A stretch of 64,000 nucleotides of DNA from a virus (taxonomy: Duplodnaviria; Caudoviricetes). The stretch is taken from positions 1-64,000 of the IMG/VR virus record IMGVR_UViG_3300032365_000024. One strand, written 5' to 3'. Within the stretch, counting starts at the first letter, position 1; the number at the start of each line of letters is the position of its first letter. The position numbers were made by a program, and so were the translations under genes. Positions 9,495-18,932 of the stretch are shown here, piece by piece. Below the pieces are notes generated by a model. It was given only the letters and a program-made list of their open reading frames with translations, had not been told where the DNA came from and made no database searches.

Positions 9495-9539
9495 CAATAC
9501 TTAAAAGAAAAAATTTTTATTATAAAAAGATTAAATATA

Positions 9540-10151
9540 TTATTTCTTCATTTCGTCTAGTATTTCATCTAAATATCTATCAAATAATTCACGAATAATC
9601 GGAATAGGACCGATAAAATTAACATCATCAAATTTAAGATCTTGAGGTTCAATTCCATTCGAAATTTTTTCAATGAGTTTATCATTATCCATAAACCCAA
9701 TAGTTATTTGAGATGGAGGATCCTCTCCATATAATTTAACATAATTTTCACCAGATCCAGAACAAAAATATATTGGTTTAAAAATATACTTTTCCTTAAT
9801 CGAAGAATCTGGTGGATATCCAAATTTAAGCTGAAAGGCAATTTTCCAACGTTCATAAGATTTTTTAAGATTCGGAACAAGTGCTAAAACATATGATTTC
9901 GGACTTCGAAATCGAGTAGCAAAAGAAAACCACTCTCCTGGATGTTCTTCAGTCCACCACATTAAATGATTATAGACTTCATCAGCTTTTTCAATTACGA
10001 AAATCGGTATTGGAACATTATCTCTAATAATCCAAATGCATGCGTGAACATTTATGCTAGGTAATACATGTATTGATTCTTCAATGTCAGATCCGGGTTC
10101 TACTTTAAGTAGTGGAACATATGAGATAACCATATATTTCGAATCTACCAT
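9540..10151 (-). CDS. Hypothetical protein
   Basis: 203-aa ORF in co-directional run. Confidence 0.5.
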   Translation of the reverse strand: MVDSKYMVISYVPLLKVEPGSDIEESIHVLPSINVHACIWIIRDNVPIPIFVIEKADEVYNHLMWWTEEHPGEWFSFATRFRSPKSYVLALVPNLKKSYERWKIAFQLKFGYPPDSSIKEKYIFKPIYFCSGSGENYVKLYGEDPPSQITIGFMDNDKLIEKISNGIEPQDLKFDDVNFIGPIPIIRELFDRYLDEILDEMKK

Positions 10152-10180
10152 ATCAAATATTACTAAATAATATTTAAAAT

Positions 10181-10954
10181 TTACGAACTAATATAATCAG
10201 ACAAATCAATACTACCACGAACTCCAGTTGCTAATTTAATAGCCCGCATTCTTGCGTCATCTACAGATAAATTAGCCTTAAGACGAAGCCACGTATATAA
10301 AGCTAACCAACATCCATCTGAATGATCAAAATAATGATGTGCATAAATTCCAGAAGATTCGGTTGCTGAAATCTTACCCATCGCTATCCGATTATCAGAA
10401 ACTCCAATCCAATTTTGTTCGATGTTCAAATTGGAATTTTCAGATGTTAGCCAATTAATTAGACTACAGACAGCTTCAGCTTGAGACGCGGTAGGAACAC
10501 AATACTTTCCGCCATCAGCCCATGGAGCATCAATAAAATCAGTCCATGGACTTAATTTTGATACATACTTAGGGTAATATGGATTTACAGTTTCAATACC
10601 AACTGATTTTAGATTATGCTCATTAGCATGCCAAAGAAAATCAGTTGCTAAATCTCCATGTTGATATATAATTCCATCAGCATCAACAATAAAATGAACT
10701 CCAAGTCCTTGACCATTTGGATTCGAAGCTGTCTTCGGTTTTAAAACCTTAACAGTATCTGACCAACTTCGAGTAACAGTTTCATGAATAATTACTTCTG
10801 TAACGTTACAGTTACGTATTTTATTTTGAAAATGATATACTGATGGATCTAAAAAATTCTTAACAATAACATCATCTGGTGGAGATAATTTATTTCCACC
10901 AACAACTATCATATTAGAATCAAACACATAAGGATTATCTGTAGATTCGGTCAT
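10181..10954 (-). CDS. N-acetylmuramoyl-L-alanine amidase (Amidase_2 type; endolysin or virion lysin)
   Basis: Zn-amidase pattern VIIHET..VHFIVDADGIIYQ..WHA..SVGIE..IYAH..DG; AAGGAG SD 6 nt before ATG 10954. Confidence 0.8.
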   Translation of the reverse strand: MTESTDNPYVFDSNMIVVGGNKLSPPDDVIVKNFLDPSVYHFQNKIRNCNVTEVIIHETVTRSWSDTVKVLKPKTASNPNGQGLGVHFIVDADGIIYQHGDLATDFLWHANEHNLKSVGIETVNPYYPKYVSKLSPWTDFIDAPWADGGKYCVPTASQAEAVCSLINWLTSENSNLNIEQNWIGVSDNRIAMGKISATESSGIYAHHYFDHSDGCWLALYTWLRLKANLSVDDARMRAIKLATGVRGSIDLSDYISS

Positions 10955-11002
10955 TAGCATCTCCTTAAAGGACAATACTAATGACCGAATCTATTACAAA
11001 TA

Positions 11003-11851
11003 TTAATAAGCAGCAGTTACAACCCAATTAGCATCATCACTAGTGAATACCCAAGATTTCAAAGAACCCGAGAAACCCTGGGGTGCAGCAACACCATCGA
11101 TAGTTTGACTACTAACTGTATCGACAGTAATTACATTTGAACTAACAGTCATATTTTTCACTATAACAGATTTACCAAGATTACCAACGGCTGTTGGAAG
11201 TATAACAGTAAATCCGCCTACAGATGGATCGCACTCAACAAGCTGCGAAATTGACATTGAAGATGGACCGGTGGCAAGAGTCGCAACTGAAGTGATATTT
11301 GCTGGGCCATCAGGACCGGTAGCCCCTTGAATTCCGGTGACTCCTTGAGGGCCAGTAGGACCGTCTGAAGGGCCAGTAGGACCCTGAATTCCTTGAGGAC
11401 CAGTAACTCCCTGAGGACCAGTAACTCCATCAACTCCAGTAGCACCCTGAATCCCTTGAACTCCAGTGGCTCCCTGGATTCCTTGAACTCCAGTGGCCCC
11501 ATCAGGGCCAGTAGGACCTTGAACTCCAGTGGCCCCATCAGGGCCAGTAGGACCTTGAACTCCAGTGGCCCCATCAGGGCCAGTAGGACCTTGAACTCCT
11601 TGAACTCCAGTGGCCCCATCAACTCCAGTGGCCCCATCAGGGCCAGTAGGACCTTGAATTCCTTGAACTCCAGTGGCCCCTTGAGGACCGACAGCACCAG
11701 TAGGACCACCCGCTGGACCAGTGGCTCCTTGAGGACCTTGTGGACCAGTGGCTCCCTGAAGATTAGGACCCGTTGCTCCTGTGCCCCATAACTGCTTCCA
11801 AAGAGTACCAAATGCACTAGTGCGAATATCTAGCAATGTTGCTTGTGCCAT
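11003..11851 (-). CDS. Collagen-like fibre protein with globular C-terminal domain
   Basis: About 50 Gly-X-Y triplets (GAT, GPT, GVQ, GPQ, GPD), then a beta-rich domain ([23 protein letters not shown]). Confidence 0.9.
   Translation of the reverse strand: MAQATLLDIRTSAFGTLWKQLWGTGATGPNLQGATGPQGPQGATGPAGGPTGAVGPQGATGVQGIQGPTGPDGATGVDGATGVQGVQGPTGPDGATGVQGPTGPDGATGVQGPTGPDGATGVQGIQGATGVQGIQGATGVDGVTGPQGVTGPQGIQGPTGPSDGPTGPQGVTGIQGATGPDGPANITSVATLATGPSSMSISQLVECDPSVGGFTVILPTAVGNLGKSVIVKNMTVSSNVITVDTVSSQTIDGVAAPQGFSGSLKSWVFTSDDANWVVTAAY
11303..11785 (-). repeat. Gly-X-Y collagen repeat, including 36-nt DNA repeats
   Basis: ccagtggccccatcagggccagtaggaccttgaact recurs in tandem at about 11490-11600 and again near 11626. 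Confidence 0.9.
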
Positions 11852-11896
11852 GTGAATTTCTCACCAATCCGGAGTTAACGAGCCAATTAACTTAGT

Positions 11897-12334
11897 TTAG
11901 CCAACCTTTATCAAAAAGGTGATGGCAAAAGGAGTTGGATTAGTGACAGTAACCTGGGTAAAAACATCATCATGTACGATGTCCATAACTCCTGTAGCAT
12001 CAACCCAAGTATTACCATTCTGCTTTAGAACAGTAACTGTAGGTGCATAATTTAATCCATGGGTGATAGTTATACTACTACCTGGATTACCAGTTGCAGC
12101 TAATTGAATCGTGTCATTAACTGTTATATAATTCTTATCTCGAAACTTTTTTATGTCTCCGTAGTGAGCACTACGAAGTACTTCAGAAGTATCAGGTAAA
12201 TACACAGATGCATGCGGAGTTCCAATCGGATCTAGATATTGATCCTCCCCGCGACGTCCTTCAGTTTGCGCTGAACGGAGGAACTTTAAATCTTTTAAAT
12301 AGATGCGTTGAGTAGATACGTTAGTAACTTTCAT
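11897..12334 (-). CDS. Putative virion structural protein
   Basis: N-terminal module shared with 2744..3292 and 250..738; C-terminal ITITHGLNYAPTVTV beta module of a kind seen in phage fibre proteins. Confidence 0.55.
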   Translation of the reverse strand: MKVTNVSTQRIYLKDLKFLRSAQTEGRRGEDQYLDPIGTPHASVYLPDTSEVLRSAHYGDIKKFRDKNYITVNDTIQLAATGNPGSSITITHGLNYAPTVTVLKQNGNTWVDATGVMDIVHDDVFTQVTVTNPTPFAITFLIKVG

Positions 12335-12364
12335 CTTACCAAACTTTTTCTAATAAAAGCATAA

Positions 12365-12394
12365 TTGTTCGTATAAAACTTTTTGATGTATACT
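12365..12394 (+). promoter_or_regulatory. Possible sigma70-type promoter for 12459..12674
   Basis: TTGTTC-N18-TATACT; imperfect match in AT-rich DNA. Confidence 0.35.
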
Positions 12395-12458
12395 ATTATT
12401 ATGACATGGTTATTTAGAGGAAAAAGAAATCATTTTTAGTTCCGAAAGGAGTCTAAAA

Positions 12459-12674
12459 ATGATTACTACTCTTCCTGCAGTACAGCATAATTGTAAACAC
12501 GCTCGACGCTTTATTTCCTATGGACCGAAAGCAAAACATACCGATAAGCGTATTGCTAATCGTAAATACCGTCGAATTTTAAACCGTATTACTAATACAT
12601 TTATATATAACTCAGAACTTTTCTATAATGAAACATTCGATATTCCGTCATTATCTTCTTGGGATATCTATTAA
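12459..12674 (+). CDS. Small basic hypothetical protein
   Basis: AAGGAG SD 7 nt before ATG; stop abuts the stop of the convergent 12675..12920. Confidence 0.55.
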   Translation: MITTLPAVQHNCKHARRFISYGPKAKHTDKRIANRKYRRILNRITNTFIYNSELFYNETFDIPSLSSWDIY

Positions 12675-12920
12675 CTATCTCTCTGGAGGATAAAATTTCC
12701 GAGCTATAACTTCACCATTTGGTGAAACAAGCCATATTCCACCAGCTCGCATTTTATCAAGTTCCTTTTTATATGCTTTAGAAGCAAATGATGCTTTATC
12801 ACTAGGGAATGTACTAAATGTACGTACGGATTTAAATGGACGTCCAGAATAACGATATATCACCCAAATACCACGTGCTTCATATTTATCACCAACATTA
12901 GTCCATCCGTTGAGTTCCAT
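12675..12920 (-). CDS. Hypothetical protein
   Basis: 81-aa ORF. Confidence 0.45.
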   Translation of the reverse strand: MELNGWTNVGDKYEARGIWVIYRYSGRPFKSVRTFSTFPSDKASFASKAYKKELDKMRAGGIWLVSPNGEVIARKFYPPER

Positions 12921-12942
12921 TATCCGGATAATACATTAAAAT

Positions 12943-13236
12943 TTATGCATTTCCATTTATTGGAATTTGACGCTTTCGAAAATATTCAATAATACTATCT
13001 TTGGTCATCTGAAGTGGACTGCCAGATTTTTCAGATAAAGATCTGGCAAGTACATTTATTTCTGATATACCAACATAAGATGAATGATATGTATTAATCC
13101 ACTGATGAAGAGCTTTAATGCTTGTAGTTGGAATTTGAAGCTTATGATTACGTTCAACAGATTGTGCGATAGCATTACTTCCAAAAGATTCACCAGTTTT
13201 AATATCTACAACATTCTCTTTCACATCAATTTCCAC
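12943..13236 (-). CDS. Hypothetical protein (start uncertain)
   Basis: 97 aa from GTG; the frame stays open about 28 codons further upstream to a TGA near 13320. Confidence 0.4.
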   Translation of the reverse strand: MEIDVKENVVDIKTGESFGSNAIAQSVERNHKLQIPTTSIKALHQWINTYHSSYVGISEINVLARSLSEKSGSPLQMTKDSIIEYFRKRQIPINGNA

Positions 13237-13362
13237 TAAAACTTCTCCAAGAAAATATTCATATTCATACCCAAAATTTACAATACCACCAGAACGTTCA
13301 AATAATCTGATTTCGAATCATGAAGCAATTTAATGCAAAATAGATCTATATTAAAATAATAT

Positions 13363-13935
13363 ATGAAAAAATCATCAAACGTATATTTTAATATGGATAA
13401 GAATGAGTATGAAATCATATCGAATCAATTAAAAGAAGCTGCAAAAAAATGGAATGGAGAAAGTCTCGAAACTTTTTTATCTGCACCAGCCGCAGATGCA
13501 CTTGCTAAAGAAGCTAATACTACGTCATTTTTATTAGATATTATAGCAGAATCACTTGATATACGCAGTCTAATGCTTCAAGCTGCTACTAAACTTGAAG
13601 AAATAGCTAAAAAAGAATGCGAACCAAGTGCTCTTGATTTAATCAAGAGTGGACAGGATTGGGGCCGAATCCCTGTGCCACCAAAATTACTTCGCAGTAT
13701 ATGGAGAATTGGCGAAGCATTAGATCTTTTTCTTGGAAAACATATTCTTGGAGAAGAATTTGAAGCCGAAGCTATGGAAATGATGGAAATGGCTAGACAA
13801 TGGGTACGATTTCACAAAGGTCTTGAATCAGGACAAGATGTTATCCAAATAGATGTATTACCACTTGAAGCTCAAGAAAAATTGCGTCAATTAAATATGA
13901 CTAAAAAACCTGACATGAGCAATCCACCATTTTAA
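13363..13935 (+). CDS. Hypothetical protein
   Basis: 190-aa ORF on the plus strand with no competing long ORF. Confidence 0.55.
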   Translation: MKKSSNVYFNMDKNEYEIISNQLKEAAKKWNGESLETFLSAPAADALAKEANTTSFLLDIIAESLDIRSLMLQAATKLEEIAKKECEPSALDLIKSGQDWGRIPVPPKLLRSIWRIGEALDLFLGKHILGEEFEAEAMEMMEMARQWVRFHKGLESGQDVIQIDVLPLEAQEKLRQLNMTKKPDMSNPPF

Positions 13936-13996
13936 TACCTTTTTATCGAAACGATATTAATTATATAAACAACTATATATAAATAAGTATTCACAT

Positions 13997-14176
13997 TTAA
14001 GCTATTCGACGTCGTGTCGGAGTATATTCACGTTCAAAATTATTTCGCGATATGATAGTTTTGCAACTACTATTCACATGATGAAGTATCACTTGATCTT
14101 TATCAATAAAATGAATATACCAAGATGCATCACCTTTTTGATCACGAACAATACGCTTCTCTTCTAAATCAGCCAT
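13997..14176 (-). CDS. 59-aa hypothetical protein below the ORF-track cut-off
   Basis: MADLEEKRIVRDQKGDASWYIHFIDKDQVILHHVNSSCKTIISRNNFEREYTPTRRRIA*; AAGGTG SD before ATG. Confidence 0.6.
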   Translation of the reverse strand: MADLEEKRIVRDQKGDASWYIHFIDKDQVILHHVNSSCKTIISRNNFEREYTPTRRRIA

Positions 14177-14223
14177 GTTTCACCTTTCGTGGATGTGACC
14201 ATACCAAATAAAAAATTTATTAA

Positions 14224-14550
14224 TCATAATTCATGTACATTAATACAAACAAATTCTCCTACTCCTGGAGAATTTTTGGTTTGATCCACGTCAAACCAAA
14301 TATGACCATCAAAACCGATCGTCATGATCCCGGAAATTTGAAGTCTGTTTGAATTCGATAAATTTCGAAGTTTCGGATCAGCTTGAATAGCACGTGCCAT
14401 TTTATAAGTAGATTCTAAACTAGTCCATTTAATTTCTAATGCTAAACAAGATACATCTTCCAGGTTGTCCCTGAAATAGGCAACAGAACACATATCTTCT
14501 GAAAGAACTGACATTGAAACAATAGTTGCCGAAAATACAGATTGAATCAC
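14224..14550 (-). CDS. Hypothetical protein
   Basis: 108-aa ORF from GTG. Confidence 0.4.
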   Translation of the reverse strand: MIQSVFSATIVSMSVLSEDMCSVAYFRDNLEDVSCLALEIKWTSLESTYKMARAIQADPKLRNLSNSNRLQISGIMTIGFDGHIWFDVDQTKNSPGVGEFVCINVHEL

Positions 14551-14592
14551 AGATATAAATACACTAATAATGAAAAAATTTACGAAATAATA

Positions 14593-15063
14593 TTATTCAG
14601 ATATAGCTACAAGTACACATTTAAGATCTTGAGTTACGGAATTCAGATCTCTTGATTTCTCAATCTTAGCAGCAATACGTCGTAATGCATACATAACCTG
14701 TACAGGTGTTACACTAGATGTGGCTGGACGACCAATCGGTAAAACACGGTCAGCAATACGCTCAAGTTCGCCTACATTTAATCTCTCGGCGATAAATCCA
14801 TCAAGACCCAAACGCTTAATGTCAACTTGATCAAGCATAAGCGACGGCAAGACATCACTCATATAAATATCAGCTTCTCGTCGCAATCCTTCTAGAAAAG
14901 CCTCAGTCGGTGCATTGGTGCGCTTCAGCCTAGGCTCTAAAAATCGTTGCACCAAAGCATCATGATGTTGATCAATATAATCAAGAACTGCTACTTCAAT
15001 AGGTTCAGAAAGTCGGTCCAGAAATTCATTTGACGGACCTTCATACGCACGATGCCTCTTCAT
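14593..15063 (-). CDS. Putative internal head protein with C-terminal LRxIAxKIExS module
   Basis: Ends ALRRIAAKIEKSRDLNSVTQDLKCVLVAISE, matching the N-terminus of 15088..15534. Confidence 0.55.
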   Translation of the reverse strand: MKRHRAYEGPSNEFLDRLSEPIEVAVLDYIDQHHDALVQRFLEPRLKRTNAPTEAFLEGLRREADIYMSDVLPSLMLDQVDIKRLGLDGFIAERLNVGELERIADRVLPIGRPATSSVTPVQVMYALRRIAAKIEKSRDLNSVTQDLKCVLVAISE

Positions 15064-15087
15064 ATCATATAAAACAAAAACAAAAAT

Positions 15088-15534
15088 TTAACCATGAAGC
15101 CAATCATTAATATAAGCATCGAATTCGCTAGAAGTTCGCCATATCTCAGTATCTGGTCCCATCAGTGGTTTATCTTCTGATCCATGGAATGAATTTGACA
15201 CTATAATAGCATTTCCACCAGGATCAGTTGAAAAATCAAGAAATACTTCCCCATCATTAGACATATCATCAGAAACAAGTTGTAATTCACGTAATGTAGC
15301 ACTACCTATTATAGGCTCCAATTGATCCAGTTGACTCTTTGTTGGTTTAAAACCAATACATATACCAGTTATATCACCAAATTGAATCTCAGTTGCAGTT
15401 GATTCAGTTGATCTATCTAACGCTGCTAATACCTTTTGAATATCTTTAGCTACCAGACTCTTATCAGGATTCTTTGAGTTCTCAATTTTAGATGCAATAT
15501 GTCGAAGTGCCTGAGCAGTCTGAGATGGCTTCAT
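15088..15534 (-). CDS. Putative internal head protein with N-terminal LRxIAxKIExS module
   Basis: Begins MKPSQTAQALRHIASKIENSKNPDKSLVAKDIQKVLAAL. Confidence 0.55.
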   Translation of the reverse strand: MKPSQTAQALRHIASKIENSKNPDKSLVAKDIQKVLAALDRSTESTATEIQFGDITGICIGFKPTKSQLDQLEPIIGSATLRELQLVSDDMSNDGEVFLDFSTDPGGNAIIVSNSFHGSEDKPLMGPDTEIWRTSSEFDAYINDWLHG

Positions 15535-15557
15535 ATTTAATAAACTACAATAAAAAA

Positions 15558-16013
15558 CTATTCAGAAATAGCCACAAATCCATCATCAGTCTTGAACACT
15601 TTACACGAAGTATGAAGATTAACTATCCCAATGCATTCAGAATTTGGACGATCGATTTTACAGGGCTTCCATTTCTTAATAGAAGCTAGTTTCCAATTCT
15701 TACCATTAAACGAATAAGCATTTACTTTTGTTGAAATTGGTTGACTAACTTCATCTTCCAACTGAACATATAAAGAGTCACACATATCTAAAGATAGAGA
15801 ACCATCAATACGACGTACCACCAATTCGGGTTTTGAACTCTCTAAAACAATAAACTTCCCTACAATTTGTTCTTCATCGGTATGTCTATGCTGTTCAATA
15901 ATTTTTCCAACTAGGTCAATATCATCAAGAAGGAATATCTTACATTTAATTACATCACCATCTTCTAATGAAGATTTGACTGTTGCTACAAGTTTTTTTT
16001 CGCATGTTAACAT
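15558..16013 (-). CDS. Hypothetical protein
   Basis: 151-aa ORF ending VAISE*, the same C-terminus as 14593..15063. Confidence 0.5.
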   Translation of the reverse strand: MLTCEKKLVATVKSSLEDGDVIKCKIFLLDDIDLVGKIIEQHRHTDEEQIVGKFIVLESSKPELVVRRIDGSLSLDMCDSLYVQLEDEVSQPISTKVNAYSFNGKNWKLASIKKWKPCKIDRPNSECIGIVNLHTSCKVFKTDDGFVAISE

Positions 16014-16017
16014 TACC

Positions 16018-16317
16018 CTAAATACCGATTAAATTCTTCAAATGTTTAATTTGTGGATAAAGGTATTTCATGATTGTATCACGCGTATTCGTGGCACCAC
16101 AAATATATGCACGCTCAGTATCTGAATTTATTGGTATCCCATCAGCATTAAGCCGTGAACGTATCGTGGTATTCTTATGAGGACCACCGAAGTCCGTACG
16201 AATAAATGATAAAATCAGCCTAAGTGTATCAATAATAGATACATTCGGTTTTTCATCAATACCAACACGTCGTCTATTGCTTGGCATATTAGATTTTACA
16301 CTAAAAAATCTAAGCAT
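16018..16317 (-). CDS. Hypothetical protein
   Basis: 99-aa ORF. Confidence 0.45.
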   Translation of the reverse strand: MLRFFSVKSNMPSNRRRVGIDEKPNVSIIDTLRLILSFIRTDFGGPHKNTTIRSRLNADGIPINSDTERAYICGATNTRDTIMKYLYPQIKHLKNLIGI

Positions 16318-16337
16318 AAATATATACAGTTATGAAC

Positions 16338-18653
16338 CTAAAAACCAAATATGTGAATATACTGAGAACGACGTAAATGTTTAACTATACCGAATTTATA
16401 TTGCATTTTATGACTTAGTCCAGCTTTTTTAAGAGCAAACATGAATGGCTCTATAAACGAAAATTTATGTGTATCAAATATATGAAGAGCAAGTACACCA
16501 CCATAATTCAATAATTTAGCGCAAAGCATAGAGAATGGTTGCACAAAAGTTTCTTGCCATTCAGCAAAAGAACAATTAGGAACTACTCCGTTATAGTTTT
16601 CTGTATTAAAATACGGAGGGCCTGCCAAAATCATATCAAATTTATCATTACTATTTCTCATGTATTCAAGTGTATCACCATGAACTGCATTCATATGACA
16701 CCCACCCATAAATTGACAATCTTCTAATATGCGACGAATAGCATTAACACTAGGTTCCTGAAGATCTATTCCGACATACTTTTTTACATATTTATTTAAT
16801 GCACAAGCCAAAGCTCTACTACACCAACCTGCAAATGGATCTATTACTAATCTCGGTTTATACTTATTTAATAATGCCGCTGCACCTGACGGACGAAAAT
16901 GACCTGGAGCTGATATCATTTCCATTACCCGCCTAAAAATAATATTACATGAGATTGGTTGATCTCTTGAAAGAGTGCTCATAATCGCTTTCCGAACAAT
17001 ATCACTATTTTTCCATGCTTCAACACATGAAATCTGTCCATAATGATTAGAAGTAAATCTATGAGGGCAGATTTCATCTAAGTAAGTCAGCCCATTTTGT
17101 TTAAACGGAAGAGAACCATCATCTTTTGGAAAGCACCTGCATAATTCTTCTTGAAGATCATTTAGATATAAATTAACTGGTTGATCAAGTTTGCGAATCG
17201 GTATATCTGATCCAACAACAAAATCAACAACTTCATCGACAAATTTTAATTTATCATCATCACTTAATAATTTATACTTTGAAGTTGGAAATCTATTAGA
17301 CAGCAAATCTTCAGAATACGATAAATCATTTCGACAAGAAGGTGGTAGCTTTCGAGTCATTCGAGAGTGAATATATGGTTTTATTATTTCAAAAAATTTA
17401 TCGCGAGATGAAGCTCCTCGAATTTTGAGAAGTTTAATATTTTTTCTATTAACATGATAGAATAATATATTAAATCTAATAGTTAAAGCCTCGCAAATTT
17501 CATCATAATTTGCTGCCGGAAAATACATAGCGATAGCTGGGTATCCAGAATCATATGTACCATCATCCATATACCAAACTGCCAAAGACAAATCACTTAA
17601 ATTTTTAAAAATATCTATACTAGGATTTTTACAACCATCATAGCCAAATTTTTCTCGTAAAGATGGATCATAAAACTTCCGATACCAATCAGAAAGAGTG
17701 GATGTCCTTATTGAGGTATAAGAAACAAAATCAAATAACCTACCATCAACGTATTTACGAGTTTGACGAATAACTGGTTTCAAGCATATCAACTTCTCAG
17801 CACTCCATTTAGTATATTCACTGTCAGTAATTTTATGACCTACCTTAAAATACGCAGCTTTGTTATCAACTACAGAAATTAAACTTCCATCTCCCAATAT
17901 ATGTCCTATCATTACATCAATAGCTTCTTGAGAAATATCAATTGGAAGATAAATTAAAGAAGATCTATCTAAATTTAATTTACGAAATTTACTTTTAATA
18001 GTACCTATTCCTACACCATATTCTTCAGCAAGATCTCGATAAGAAACCCTATTCACAATAGCATGTTTGATTTTATCCTCATCAAGAGAATTTATACTCA
18101 ATTTTCCATTGAGTATTCTTCTACTATCTTCCGACACCGTCGGTAGTCCAAGTTTAACTCTCAGATATCTTACGTAACTCGGTAAAAATCCAGTTAACTT
18201 AGATATCTGAACATCAGATTTAACTCCATCGTACAACTCTTTAATTCTGTTTAAATCATCAGAACCGGTATTCTTACTATTTTGATGCACTCCATTAATA
18301 GTAATAAATTTTTGTAAAACATCATATGAATATTTCGCACTACATTGTATACAATATCTACGAGAACAAGCTAAAGATGTGTCAATAAATTCAAATCCAC
18401 ACAGGTTACAGTGTTTATTCCGTCGAGGATTTTTTATCGCTATACTAGGATCAACATCATTTTTTGAAGATATCTTATTTATTCTACAAGAAATACATTC
18501 CTTAGAAGTTCTTCTAGGAGAATCATCATAATATTTATTTCCACAATTACAAACTTTTATTCTTCCTTTATGCTTTCTCTTATCATAAAATCTACCTTTA
18601 AACTCATCTGGAATATCAACTCCGTCAATTTGATCAACATAAATTCGTTTCAT
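16338..18653 (-). CDS. LAGLIDADG endonuclease fused to an N6A/N4C-type DNA methyltransferase domain
   Basis: Two CxxC ribbons and two HTH-like segments; LAGLIDADG motifs IDVMIGHILGDGSL and LSLAVWYMDDGT; SAM-binding VIDPFAGW, GID, and motif IV variant ILAGPPYF. Confidence 0.8.
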   Translation of the reverse strand: MKRIYVDQIDGVDIPDEFKGRFYDKRKHKGRIKVCNCGNKYYDDSPRRTSKECISCRINKISSKNDVDPSIAIKNPRRNKHCNLCGFEFIDTSLACSRRYCIQCSAKYSYDVLQKFITINGVHQNSKNTGSDDLNRIKELYDGVKSDVQISKLTGFLPSYVRYLRVKLGLPTVSEDSRRILNGKLSINSLDEDKIKHAIVNRVSYRDLAEEYGVGIGTIKSKFRKLNLDRSSLIYLPIDISQEAIDVMIGHILGDGSLISVVDNKAAYFKVGHKITDSEYTKWSAEKLICLKPVIRQTRKYVDGRLFDFVSYTSIRTSTLSDWYRKFYDPSLREKFGYDGCKNPSIDIFKNLSDLSLAVWYMDDGTYDSGYPAIAMYFPAANYDEICEALTIRFNILFYHVNRKNIKLLKIRGASSRDKFFEIIKPYIHSRMTRKLPPSCRNDLSYSEDLLSNRFPTSKYKLLSDDDKLKFVDEVVDFVVGSDIPIRKLDQPVNLYLNDLQEELCRCFPKDDGSLPFKQNGLTYLDEICPHRFTSNHYGQISCVEAWKNSDIVRKAIMSTLSRDQPISCNIIFRRVMEMISAPGHFRPSGAAALLNKYKPRLVIDPFAGWCSRALACALNKYVKKYVGIDLQEPSVNAIRRILEDCQFMGGCHMNAVHGDTLEYMRNSNDKFDMILAGPPYFNTENYNGVVPNCSFAEWQETFVQPFSMLCAKLLNYGGVLALHIFDTHKFSFIEPFMFALKKAGLSHKMQYKFGIVKHLRRSQYIHIFGF

Positions 18654-18848
18654 GTCGTTTCATGTCGTGAAACTTTACATTTATGATATTAAATTATCAT
18701 ATACTGCATATTAACATATTTATTAAAATTATATAATAATAAAATATATGATACAAATTATTAAGTTTTGCAACACAAAATATTAACTAAAAGAAGACCA
18801 AAGGAGAACCCATTATAATAATAGCTATTATTATAGCTCATGGTACAG

Positions 18849-18922
18849 AAAAAACAAAAGAAAAGTAAAGAAAATACTTCAAAGCCCAGGTCGTTAGGTT
18901 TAGTAACAATCTGGGCTTTGAA
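18849..18922 (-). terminator. Rho-independent terminator after the major capsid gene
   Basis: Perfect 12-bp stem ttcaaagcccag (18878-18889) / ctgggctttgaa (18911-18922), then a long U-rich tract on the minus strand. Confidence 0.85.
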
Positions 18923-18932
18923 TTTAACTCAA

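Noticed and set aside
11218-11817. Long alternative-frame ORFs 11218..11817 (-) and 11393..11791 (+)
   Set aside because: By-products of the collagen repeat's codon periodicity
13237-13325. Stop-codon reassignment suggested by the open frame upstream of 12943..13236
   Set aside because: Long genes translate cleanly in the standard code, and TAA, TAG and TGA all end genes, often in coupled overlaps
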